A program made the position numbers and the translations under genes. Shown piece after piece: positions 14,675-23,428 of a DNA stretch of 64,000 nt. The notes under the pieces were generated by a model that saw nothing but the letters and a program-made list of their open reading frames with translations, did no database searches and was not told the origin of the DNA. The stretch is from Vulcanimicrobiota bacterium (lineage in GTDB: Bacteria > Vulcanimicrobiota > Vulcanimicrobiia > Vulcanimicrobiales > Vulcanimicrobiaceae): contig CAWGBN010000003.1 in assembly GCA_963820825.1 (NCBI GenBank), positions 1 through 64,000 on the forward strand. The letters are read 5' to 3'. The number at the start of each line of letters is the position of its first letter. The stretch's first letter is position 1.

Positions 14675-15118
14675 CTATTTGCGATTGATCTGGTGGTGGA
14701 GCTCGTCGAGATCTTCGATGGTATTGAGCAAGACGGCGTCCTTCACCGACGCGTCCTTGATCTTCGACGACTCCCGCATCTTACGGCCGAGCTCGTCGCC
14801 GTGGTGGTAACCGCGGACGGCGGCGTTATGCGCCTCGATCGTCGCTTTGTCGATCTTGCCGTTGGCAACGACCCAGTGCTCGAACTCCATATACGTCGGC
14901 CGGTTCTGCCGCACGAAGTCGATCGTCTTTTGCCGGTCGAGGCCCAGTGCGTTCAGGGTCATCCCGTCGAAGCCCGGGCCGCACTCGTCGTACCCTTCGG
15001 GGAGCGCGTCGACCGCGGCGAGCGAGAGTTTTAACCACAGGCGCGGCAAGTGAATCGCTCCGAGCGGACCCGTGGTTCCCGAACTGACCAGCGGAACGAT
15101 CGTCTGTTGTGCAGCCAT
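14675..15118 (-). CDS. DUF5069-like protein
   Basis: GPLGAIHLPRLWLK...CGPGFD...RPTYMEFEHWV; SD AGGAG. Confidence 0.7.
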   Translation of the reverse strand: MAAQQTIVPLVSSGTTGPLGAIHLPRLWLKLSLAAVDALPEGYDECGPGFDGMTLNALGLDRQKTIDFVRQNRPTYMEFEHWVVANGKIDKATIEAHNAAVRGYHHGDELGRKMRESSKIKDASVKDAVLLNTIEDLDELHHQINRK

Positions 15119-15133
15119 GAAATTCTCCTATTT

Positions 15134-16024
15134 TTATCCGTGACGCGATTTAAATGTGAGTTCCGATATGCCCGACTTGTCGAGCTCTCCAAGTCCGAGC
15201 GCCTTCATTTTCTCGTACTGATCGTAGGTCGCCTGTGCGAGCGGAAGCGTCAGACCGGCTTGCTTCGCGAGCGCGAGCGCGATTCCGGAGTCTTTAGCGG
15301 CGTGCGCGGCAGAAAAGTAGACGTCGTGTTCGCGATTCTGCATATCGGCGCCGTCGGTTTCGAGCACGCGCGAGTTGGCGCCGGTCTGCGAGAATACTTC
15401 GCGAAGCACGTTCAGATCGAGACCGAGCGCATCGCCGAGCCCCAAGCCTTCGGCCAATCCCGCGGTATTGACGTTCATCACCATGTTCACCAGGGCTTTG
15501 ACCTGCGCGGCCGTCCCAGCCGGACCGATATACTTTAGCGATGCGCTCATCTGCTCGAGCATCGGTTTGGCTCGTTCGAACGCTTCTTTGCGGCCGCCTA
15601 CCATCAGGTAGAGCGTTCCGTTGCGCGCCTGCGTGATCGAGCTGGCCATGCAGGCTTCGAGCGAATCCGCACCGCGCTCTTGTGCGAGGCGCTCGACGTC
15701 GACGTGCACCTTCGGCGAAATCGTCGCGCAATTGACGAAGATCTTTCCACGAGCGTCCGCGAGCAGCGAGTCGCCGGACGTCGCAAAGATGCGATACATC
15801 GCCGCGTCGTCGGTGACGACGGTCAAGACCACGTCGGCGAGTTCGGTAACCCGGGCGAGCGATGCCGCGACCTCGCCGCCCGTCTCGGCGGCGGTCTGCG
15901 CGGCGGCCTCGGGGTTCGCGTCGTAGAGTGCGGCAATGGGATAGCCGACGTCGTTGAGACGTCTGGCAATATTTGCGCCCATTCGACCGGTGCCGACGAT
16001 GCCGATCCGCGGAAGCCCGCTCAT
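15134..16024 (-). CDS. NAD(P)-dependent oxidoreductase, 3-hydroxyisobutyrate dehydrogenase family
   Basis: IGIVGTGRMGANIA, LYLMVGG, KALVNM, AAKDSGIA. Confidence 0.9.
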   Translation of the reverse strand: MSGLPRIGIVGTGRMGANIARRLNDVGYPIAALYDANPEAAAQTAAETGGEVAASLARVTELADVVLTVVTDDAAMYRIFATSGDSLLADARGKIFVNCATISPKVHVDVERLAQERGADSLEACMASSITQARNGTLYLMVGGRKEAFERAKPMLEQMSASLKYIGPAGTAAQVKALVNMVMNVNTAGLAEGLGLGDALGLDLNVLREVFSQTGANSRVLETDGADMQNREHDVYFSAAHAAKDSGIALALAKQAGLTLPLAQATYDQYEKMKALGLGELDKSGISELTFKSRHG

Positions 16025-16048
16025 AGACCCTCCGTGACTATGTGATGC

Positions 16049-16486
16049 TTACCGGACGACCTCGATATGCAAATAATCTCTGCCCTTCTCGCCCCAGCCG
16101 CCGGAGAACTGGACGAGACACGTCTCGCGGTGGTGGTGCCGAACGAGCCGCACGCTTCGCCCAGCGGGCGCGACGTTCCAGATCGACTCGTGATGACGCG
16201 TATACTTGACCACCGTCACGGAGACGCCCGTGCAGGTTGACGAGGCACGATAGCCGCCTTGGAATCCATCTTGCCAGACCCGCACGATCTGCGGCGGACT
16301 CTTCCAGCTGCGGAAGGCGATCGCGAACGGCTCTACGTGAATACGGCCCGGCCGCGTACGGCCGTCCGGCACAGAACGGACTGCGCTGGATGACGTGCCC
16401 GGCGGAACGTAGGACGAAACGCCCGGTTGCGCACATGCGCTCAAAGCGATGAGCCCCACGGCGCAGGCCGCGCCGATTCTCAACAT
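16049..16486 (-). CDS. Hypothetical lipoprotein
   Basis: Lipobox LSAC; SD GGAGG. Confidence 0.65.
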   Translation of the reverse strand: MLRIGAACAVGLIALSACAQPGVSSYVPPGTSSSAVRSVPDGRTRPGRIHVEPFAIAFRSWKSPPQIVRVWQDGFQGGYRASSTCTGVSVTVVKYTRHHESIWNVAPAGRSVRLVRHHHRETCLVQFSGGWGEKGRDYLHIEVVR

Positions 16487-16646
16487 GAGTCGTAACCTCC
16501 AACCAAAGAGCAGCCGGCCTCACTACTCCGGCGAAGGCCTCCAGCCCTGCAGTGGACCGTTCGACCGCCTTAAGGCCCGTGCAGGCGCGTCTGACGGAAT
16601 CCGCCAAGTTACGGCCTCTTCGCTTTTCTTTTTGCAAGGAGCTGTA

Positions 16647-17204
16647 ATGCTTATTTCGCGCGCCCTCGCCGCCGCCGCCGTGCTCTCGCTGGCGGCGATT
16701 CCGGCCTATGTCCCCGCTCAGGTCGAGAGCACCCCAATCCCCGCGCCCGCAAAACCGAACTTCTCCTCGATGAGCTTTTTGATCGGGACGTGGACCTGCA
16801 GCACCAAGAGCGCCCGGCGTCCCGCCGCCTACGTGACCACTTCGACCTACACGATGGATCCGAGCGGCTGGTGGATCGACGAGACCTCGACGACGAATCC
16901 CACGAAGTGGATCTCGGCACGACTAACGTCGCTCGATAAGATCACCTACGATTCGGATACCCATCGCTGGGTCGACGTGACCACTGGCGCGCTGAACGGC
17001 TACGGCCTCGCGTTTTCGAGCGGCTGGCACGGGGACACGATGTCGTGGCACGACGTTTCGTTCATGGCCGGTCCCGATATTGCGAGTCAGACCGACAACG
17101 TCGTCACCAAGGTCAGCGCCACGAAGCTGACGACGTCGTCGTCGTTTACCGAGACGAAGAGCGGACGGCGCGTCGCCGTGACCGGCGTCTGCACCAAGCA
17201 CTAA
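16647..17204 (+). CDS. Hypothetical exported protein
   Basis: SD AAGGAG, signal peptide, FLIGTWTC motif, followed by a terminator. Confidence 0.75.
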   Translation: MLISRALAAAAVLSLAAIPAYVPAQVESTPIPAPAKPNFSSMSFLIGTWTCSTKSARRPAAYVTTSTYTMDPSGWWIDETSTTNPTKWISARLTSLDKITYDSDTHRWVDVTTGALNGYGLAFSSGWHGDTMSWHDVSFMAGPDIASQTDNVVTKVSATKLTTSSSFTETKSGRRVAVTGVCTKH

Positions 17205-17229
17205 CCAGCACTAAGTACAAATAACGAAG

Positions 17230-17256
17230 AGGCCCCGATAACATCGGGGCCTTTTT
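17230..17256 (+). terminator. Intrinsic terminator between convergent genes (possibly bidirectional, also serving rpoB)
   Basis: 10-bp stem AGGCCCCGAT/ATCGGGGCCT, 3-nt loop, T-tract. Confidence 0.8.
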
Positions 17257-17262
17257 CCATCG

Positions 17263-17307
17263 TGTCATTCTGAGCACAGCATCGCGGAGCGATGCGGAGT
17301 CGAAGGG
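17263..17307 (+). repeat. REP-like element copy 1 (intergenic)
   Basis: TGTCATTCTGAGC...GAGTCGAAGGG with internal hairpin GCATCGC/GCGATGC; same ends as 34712-34749. Confidence 0.75.
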
Positions 17308-20300
17308 TTAGAACTCTTCTTCTTGGCTGGCGTTCTCGGAGAAGGGCGCCTCTTCGTCCTCGCCTTCGTACGCCGGTTTGTCATCCTCGTAGGTCGATTC
17401 TTCGTCCTCTTCCTCGAGTTCGTAGCCCTGCGGTCCCTCGATCTCTTCTTCGGCGGGCTCTTCCTCTTCGAAGATCTCTTCCGGTTCGATCTCCGTCGCA
17501 CGCGGCGCGACCGGAGGAGGCGTGACGACGGCAGTCGCGTCGAGCGGTTTGCTGTCGTCGATCTCTTCCTCTTCCTCCTCTTCCTCGGGGCTCGCTTCGG
17601 CTTCGGTAGCGGCTTCACGAGTCGCCACCACAGTCTGCGATACCGCAGTCTGCTCGTCGCCCATGAGCAGCCCGTACTCGCGCCGTTCCGATTCGGCCAT
17701 ATCGTCTTCGGGCGTCTTGATCTCGACCTCTTCGCGGTTCTCGGTGAGCACCTTGACGTCGAGCGCGAGCGACTGCAGCTCTTTGATCAAGACCTTGAAC
17801 GATTCCGGAACGCCCGGCTCCATCACGTTCTCGCCCTTGACGATCGCTTCGTAGGTCTTGACGCGTCCGACGACGTCATCGGATTTCACCGTCAACAGCT
17901 CCTGCAGGGTATAGGCGGCGCCGTACGCTTCGAGCGCCCAGACCTCCATCTCGCCGAAGCGCTGTCCGCCGAACTGCGCCTTTCCGCCGAGCGGCTGTTG
18001 CGTGATCATCGAGTATGGCCCGGTCGACCGCGCGTGGATCTTGTCGTCGACGAGATGCGCGAGCTTGAGCATGTAGATCATGCCGACGGTGATCGGACGG
18101 GAGAAGCGTTCGCCGCTTCGCCCGTCGCGCAGCCAAGTTTTGCCGTCGGCCGGAAGGCCGGCGTCTTGAAGCCACTCCGCGAGATCCTCGGCATGCGCGC
18201 CGTCGAAGACCGGCGTCGCCACGCTCATGCCGAGCATGCGCGCGGCCCAGCCGAGATGCGTCTCCATGATCTGCCCCAGATTCATGCGCGACGGCACGCC
18301 GAGCGGATTGAGCACGATGTCGACGGGCGTCCCATCCTCGAGGTATGGCATGTCTTCTTCCGGGAGCACCTTTGCGATGACGCCTTTATTGCCGTGGCGT
18401 CCCGCCATCTTGTCACCCTGCAGAATCTTGCGCTTCTGTGCGACGTACACGCGAACGAGATGATTCACACCGGGAGAGAGCTCGTCGCCGTTCTCGCGCG
18501 AGAAGACCTTGACGTCGATGATCTTGCCCTTCTCGCCGTGCGGCACTTTGAGGCTGGTGTCGCGGACTTCGCGCGACTTCTCACCAAAGATCGCTCGAAG
18601 CAGCCGCTCCTCGGCCGTCAGCTCGGTCTCGCCCTTCGGCGTAACCTTGCCGACGAGAATATCTTCGGGGCGGACCTCCGCGCCGATGCGAATGATGCCG
18701 CGCTCGTCGAGATCCTTGAGTGCATCTTCGCCGACGTTGGGAATGTCGCGGGTGATCTCTTCGGGCCCGAGTTTGGTATCGCGTGCCTCGCACTCGTACT
18801 CTTCGATATGAATCGAGGTAAAGCGATCCTCTTTGACCATGCGCTCGCTGATCAGAATGGCGTCTTCGTAGTTGTATCCTTCCCACGGCATGAAGGCGAC
18901 GAGCACGTTCTGCCCGAGCGCGAGCTCGCCCTGATCCGACGAAGGACCGTCGACGATGACTTGTCCTGCGACGATCTCGTCGCCGACGCCGACGATCGGG
19001 CGCTGGTTGATACACGTACCCGCGTTGCTGCGCACGAACTTGAGCAGCTCGTAGGTCCGTTCGATTCCTTCGTGGTTGCGAACGACGATGCCCTTGGCGT
19101 CGACGGCGGTGACCGACCCGGCCTCTTCGGCGACGATCAAGCTGCCCGAGTCCTTGGCCGCGCGATACTCCATGCCGGTGCCGACGATCGGCGCGGAGGG
19201 ACGGAGCAGCGGAACGGCCTGGCGCTGCATGTTTGCGCCCATCAGCGCGCGGTTTGCGTCGTCGTGCTCGAGGAAGGGGATGAGCGCCGTCGCGACCGAG
19301 ACGATCTGCTTGGGCGAGACGTCCATCAACTGGACCCGCGCCGCCGGCTCTTCGATATACTCTTCGGCGTAGCGCGAGACGACCGAGTCGGTCGTGATCC
19401 GCCCCGATTCCGAATCGACCGGCGTATTCGCCTGGGCGATGATGTACTCGTCCTCTTTATCCGCAGTGAGATACTTGATCTCGTCGGAGACGATGCTCTC
19501 GCGAACCACCCTATAAGGCGTCTCGATAAAGCCGAACTTGTTCACTCGCGCGTAGGTCGCGAGCGAGCCGATCAGACCGATGTTTGGACCCTCAGGCGTC
19601 TCGATCGGGCAGATCCGTCCGTAGTGCGAGTGGTGGACGTCGCGAACTTCGAAGCCCGCACGCTCGCGCGAGAGACCACCCGGACCGAGCGCCGAGAGAC
19701 GCCGCTTGTGGGTGAGCTCGGCGAGCGAGTTCGTCTGGTCCATGAACTGCGAGAGCTGCGAGGAGCCGAAGAACTCCTTGATCGCGGCGACGACCGGGCG
19801 AATGTTGATCAGCGCCTGCGGCGTGACCGTCTCGATGTCTTGCACCGTCATGCGCTCGCGCACGACGCGCTCGAGGCGGAGCAAACCGACGCGGAACTGA
19901 TTCTGCAGCAGCTCGCCGACCGAGCGGACGCGGCGGTTGCCGAGATGATCGATGTCGTCCTTAGCCACCATGCCGACCGCGACGCGGATCAAGCGCCGGA
20001 TCACGGCGATCATATCCTCGCGCAAGAGGCAACGGGCACCGTCGCCGATGGTGTCGCCCTTCTTGACGCTCTGTCCCCGAACGATCCCCGGCGCGACGCG
20101 CGGGCGCACGCCGAGAACCTTGCGAATGCCCAAATCCGCATAGAGATCGTAGGTGACGGTCTCGCCGTCTTTGTAGCGGATCGTGACGAGGCATTCCGAC
20201 GCCTCGGGGCGCTCCTTGTCGAAGACGTCGGAGATTTCGAGAACCTCGCCGTCCTCTCGCGCGGTAACGATCGCTTTAGGCTCGGTCAGTCCGGCATCGG

Positions 20301-21456
20301 CGTATTCGTTGATCGCGAGATGCGGTTGCTCCAAGCGCTGCTCGGGGTCGGGGTTCTGGATGCGATACTGGAACTTACTGCTGAGCTTGTAACGGCCGAC
20401 GCCGGCGAGATCGTAACGCTTATCGTCGAAGAAGAGCGACTCGATCAGTTTTTCGGCGTTCTCCGCGTTCTCCGGCTCGCCCGGACGCAACTTCTTATAA
20501 ATTTCCTTGAGCGCGTCTTCGCGCGTCTTGATGTCCCGGTCTTTCTCGATCGAGTTTCGAATGATCGCCTGCCCCTGCGCAGGAAGATCGGAGAAGAGCG
20601 CCACGATCGCGTCGTCGCTCTCCCAGTCGTAGCCCAGCGCCGGGCGCGTGAGCGCGCGAATGAAGGTCGAGACGTAGATCTTTCGGTTCTTGTCGATGCG
20701 GACACCGATGGTGCCCTCGGTCTCGTCGTTCTTCGTGCCGTTGTCGGTCTCGAACTCGATCCACGCACCGCGATTGGGAATGATCGTGGCGTTGTACGTG
20801 GGACGCGCGTTGGTATCGACGTCTTGGCTGTAGTAGACGCCGGGGGAGCGCACGAGCTGGCTGACGATGACCCGCTCGGCGCCGTTGATCATGAACGTGC
20901 CTTTGTCGGTCATGAGCGGGAAGTCGCCCATGAAGATTTCCTGGTCGGGGATGCCTTTGATTTCGCCCGACTCCGCGGTAATCAAACGGACGCGAACGCG
21001 CAGCGGGGCGCTGTACGTCATGTCGCGCTCGCGGCACTCCTCGATGGAATACTTCGGCTCGCCCAGCGAATGCTCGCCGAACTCCAGGATCAAGTTTCCG
21101 GTAAAATCTTTGATCGGCGAGATCGAGGCAAAGGCCTCCGCAAGACCTTCGGTCTTGAACCAGTCGAAGCTGGCCTTCTGCAACTCGATGAGGTTGGGAA
21201 CCTCGAGAACGTGCGGGATCTTCGCGAACGAGTAACGCTCGCGCTTGGGACCCGGCTCGGGCCGCTGCTCGACGGTAAACGCGCCCGTCGGCATCGGGAA
21301 GGTCGAGGGCATGACGGTCGAAGCGCCGTTTCCATCGCTCACCTTCAGGGACGCGACGGAGGGACGCTTCGTTCTTCCTTTATTAGCCCTCGGCGAGCTC
21401 GGGACAGTCTCCGGTGAATTTTTTGTGGTGGACTTCGGAGCTGTCGTCTTCGCCAT
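17308..21456 (-). CDS. rpoB: DNA-directed RNA polymerase beta subunit
   Basis: 1382 aa; [59 protein letters not shown]. Confidence 0.99.
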   Translation of the reverse strand: MAKTTAPKSTTKNSPETVPSSPRANKGRTKRPSVASLKVSDGNGASTVMPSTFPMPTGAFTVEQRPEPGPKRERYSFAKIPHVLEVPNLIELQKASFDWFKTEGLAEAFASISPIKDFTGNLILEFGEHSLGEPKYSIEECRERDMTYSAPLRVRVRLITAESGEIKGIPDQEIFMGDFPLMTDKGTFMINGAERVIVSQLVRSPGVYYSQDVDTNARPTYNATIIPNRGAWIEFETDNGTKNDETEGTIGVRIDKNRKIYVSTFIRALTRPALGYDWESDDAIVALFSDLPAQGQAIIRNSIEKDRDIKTREDALKEIYKKLRPGEPENAENAEKLIESLFFDDKRYDLAGVGRYKLSSKFQYRIQNPDPEQRLEQPHLAINEYADAGLTEPKAIVTAREDGEVLEISDVFDKERPEASECLVTIRYKDGETVTYDLYADLGIRKVLGVRPRVAPGIVRGQSVKKGDTIGDGARCLLREDMIAVIRRLIRVAVGMVAKDDIDHLGNRRVRSVGELLQNQFRVGLLRLERVVRERMTVQDIETVTPQALINIRPVVAAIKEFFGSSQLSQFMDQTNSLAELTHKRRLSALGPGGLSRERAGFEVRDVHHSHYGRICPIETPEGPNIGLIGSLATYARVNKFGFIETPYRVVRESIVSDEIKYLTADKEDEYIIAQANTPVDSESGRITTDSVVSRYAEEYIEEPAARVQLMDVSPKQIVSVATALIPFLEHDDANRALMGANMQRQAVPLLRPSAPIVGTGMEYRAAKDSGSLIVAEEAGSVTAVDAKGIVVRNHEGIERTYELLKFVRSNAGTCINQRPIVGVGDEIVAGQVIVDGPSSDQGELALGQNVLVAFMPWEGYNYEDAILISERMVKEDRFTSIHIEEYECEARDTKLGPEEITRDIPNVGEDALKDLDERGIIRIGAEVRPEDILVGKVTPKGETELTAEERLLRAIFGEKSREVRDTSLKVPHGEKGKIIDVKVFSRENGDELSPGVNHLVRVYVAQKRKILQGDKMAGRHGNKGVIAKVLPEEDMPYLEDGTPVDIVLNPLGVPSRMNLGQIMETHLGWAARMLGMSVATPVFDGAHAEDLAEWLQDAGLPADGKTWLRDGRSGERFSRPITVGMIYMLKLAHLVDDKIHARSTGPYSMITQQPLGGKAQFGGQRFGEMEVWALEAYGAAYTLQELLTVKSDDVVGRVKTYEAIVKGENVMEPGVPESFKVLIKELQSLALDVKVLTENREEVEIKTPEDDMAESERREYGLLMGDEQTAVSQTVVATREAATEAEASPEEEEEEEEIDDSKPLDATAVVTPPPVAPRATEIEPEEIFEEEEPAEEEIEGPQGYELEEEDEESTYEDDKPAYEGEDEEAPFSENASQEEEF

Positions 21457-21512
21457 TAACTCTCTCTCTCTGCTGATGCTCTGCTAATGAATCTGTATCG
21501 ATGATGACATGC

Positions 21513-21568
21513 TTTTTGGGCACACCAAAAAGACGAAACACGGGCTCCACAGATGGAGGTGTCTCGCC
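21513..21568 (-). promoter_or_regulatory. Terminator/attenuator-like hairpins in the rpoB 5' leader
   Basis: GGCGAGACAC-CTCCA-TCTG-TGGAG-CCC-GTGTTTCGTC then TTTTT; the U-tract can alternatively pair as TTTTTGG/CCAAAAA. Confidence 0.55.
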
Positions 21569-21612
21569 CTTCTCTTTGCGGCGGCTTTCATGCGCCCCGG
21601 GGCATGGCCACG

Positions 21613-21641
21613 AGTTTAGCACCCGTCGCCATGGGCGTCAA
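21613..21641 (-). promoter_or_regulatory. Sigma70-type promoter for rpoB
   Basis: TTGACG-17 bp-TAAACT about 155 nt upstream of the rpoB ATG. Confidence 0.7.
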
Positions 21642-21793
21642 GGAACCCTGCTTGGCCGGTAGTGGGTCAGTATTAAGGTTGCGACTTAGACGGCAGCCCT
21701 GGATTAAGGCTAGTGGGCCCGTTTGGCCGAGCGAGCCCGAAACCAGAAAGACTGACGAGCCGTAAGTAGGTAAGCCGAAACGGAGGACCCTTA

Positions 21794-21895
21794 ATGAGCT
21801 TGCCGACTGCGATCGTCGTGGCAACTGGAATGATTTGTGGCACCGTTCTGGTGCTATTCCTGATTTCTGTACTCTGGATGGTTCGACGCCACTAG
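21794..21895 (+). CDS. 33-aa single-TM peptide MSLPTAIVVATGMICGTVLVLFLISVLWMVRRH
   Basis: SD GGAGG 7 nt upstream; hydrophobic core with basic C-terminus; below the ORF-track cutoff. Confidence 0.5.
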   Translation: MSLPTAIVVATGMICGTVLVLFLISVLWMVRRH

Positions 21896-21934
21896 GCCCC
21901 ATCGCGCATTTCGCGATCGTGAAAGGCTTGGGGT

Positions 21935-22204
21935 ATGCCTAAACGCTCAAGGAAAGCTCCAGGCGACTACGACGCGAACGCGGCCCGCATAGTTGCGATC
22001 GCCACCGGCTAAGAACCTCTCAACGGCAAGCCGCGCCCAAACCCTAAACCGGAACCCAAGAAGAACCCCCATGCGGTCGCGCTCGGACGGCGCGGCGGTA
22101 AGGTTGGCGGCAAGGCGCGGGCCAAGGCGCGGACGGCAGAGGAGCGCCATTCTATCGCGGTCAAGGCTGCGAGGGCGCGGTGGGGCATGGCCGAGGATGA
22201 ATGA
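21935..22204 (+). pseudogene. Small basic 'histone H1-like' IS-associated protein with in-frame TAA at 22010-22012
   Basis: MPKRSRK...IVAIATG*E...KNPHAVALGRRGGKVGGKARA...AVKAARARW. Confidence 0.7.
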
Positions 22205-22414
22205 GCGACAGCGGTTAGCGGTTGTACCGAAACCAACCCAACCTGACGCGGTCATTTACAGCGACCCAAATAAAATCCCGATCGTTATCGATCAAGAGCC
22301 TCACGATCGGTGAAACTGGCCTGCTTGACCGCCACGGTGGCCGAAAAAAGTCAAGGGCTCGGCTCGCTAGGTGCGCCGCCTCCGGCCGTCGCACGGGCTG
22401 GGAGGAGGTGCCTC

Positions 22415-23428
22415 ATGTCCGAGAGCCGCTCGCTTCGCCGTTTCCTCGCCGGGCCGATCTGCGCCGGGCTCGCGCTTAGCGCGGCCGGCGGCTGTGCCGC
22501 CGCGCCGCCGGCACCTGCTAACGGCCTCGCCGCCGCGGCCGCGCGGATGAACGCGGCGGGATGCGGCAAGTCGCTCGTCTACGTGACCTCGTACGGCAAC
22601 TCAGTCTACATCTACGACCAGGCGCGAAATGAGAAGACGCCGTGCGGTCAGATCACCGGGGTCGTCAATCCCCAGGGCCTCTTTGTCGACAAGCATCGGA
22701 ACCTGTGGGTTGCCGTAAGCGGCGATTGTAAGACGCAGTTCTCCAGCGTGCTCGAGTTCGCGCCCGGCAATCCCACGCCGGTCAAAACGCTGCAAGACCC
22801 AGCCGGTTCGGCTTCAGACGTAGCGGTCGACAACGCGTCGGGAACGGTCTACGTGACGAACTTCTTCAACTACACGCGCGGCTGCATTAGTGGAAACAAT
22901 GGCGGCGTCGAAGTCTACGCGAACGGCAGCACCTCACCAACCTCGACGCTGAGCGATCCGAAGATGAACTACGCCTTCGACGACGCGGTCGATAACCACG
23001 GCAACCTCTACGTTACCTATCTCGAAGTCAACGGACCCTCGGGAAGCGGACGGATCGACGAATGGATGGGCGCAACGGGCTCGCCGGCCGATCTCGGCAT
23101 CGCGCTCGAAGCGCCGGGCGGAATTCAAACGACCGCGAACGGCGCGCTGCTCGTCTGCGATCAATCCGTTGCCTGCGGCGACTTCGCTCCCGGCTCGAAG
23201 ACGATGACGAACCTCTTCGCAACGAAGCATCCGGGCTCGTTCGGCGTCGCGCTCGACAAGGGCGAGAACCGCGTCTGGGTCGAGAATCCGGGTTTGAGCG
23301 CCAAGCAGCTGCAGCGTTACGCCTATCCTGGACCCGACGCGCGCCCCGCCGAATCGATTACCGTGCCGGGCGGCGGCTATGCCGGCGTCGCGCTGAGCCC
23401 AGCCGCGCCGCAGGGATCGCCCTACTAG
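22415..23428 (+). CDS. Exported NHL-like beta-propeller lipoprotein
   Basis: SD GGAGGAGG; lipobox-like AGGC; repeated PQGLFVD..NLWVA / DVAVD...VYVTN / AVDNHGNLYVT blades. Confidence 0.75.
   Translation: MSESRSLRRFLAGPICAGLALSAAGGCAAAPPAPANGLAAAAARMNAAGCGKSLVYVTSYGNSVYIYDQARNEKTPCGQITGVVNPQGLFVDKHRNLWVAVSGDCKTQFSSVLEFAPGNPTPVKTLQDPAGSASDVAVDNASGTVYVTNFFNYTRGCISGNNGGVEVYANGSTSPTSTLSDPKMNYAFDDAVDNHGNLYVTYLEVNGPSGSGRIDEWMGATGSPADLGIALEAPGGIQTTANGALLVCDQSVACGDFAPGSKTMTNLFATKHPGSFGVALDKGENRVWVENPGLSAKQLQRYAYPGPDARPAESITVPGGGYAGVALSPAAPQGSPY

Larger units (their letters stand above)
21658..22321. mobile_element. Decayed transposase-less IS1-family derivative
   Basis: Left end GGTAGTGGGTCAGT (IS1-family GGnnnTG); eroded right end TGAAACTGGCC; flanking 9-bp near-repeat TGCTTGGCC (21649-21657)/TGCTTGACC (22322-22330); lower GC; IS-type passenger remnants. 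Confidence 0.55.

Noticed and set aside
19680..19775. Possible rifampicin-resistant second rpoB
   Set aside because: Key cluster I residues (Q, D, H, S in SQFMDQ...THKRRLSAL) are wild type; only the NP to NS change is seen
17323..21417. 1364-aa plus-strand ORF
   Set aside because: Antisense shadow of rpoB caused by GC-rich codon bias; no motifs. The same applies to most overlapping Arg/Ala-rich ORFs in the track
21752..21781. Hammerhead-like core CTGACGAG...CGAAAC
   Set aside because: Stem II cannot form beyond 1-2 bp and no stem I abuts the CUGA; an Infernal search would settle it
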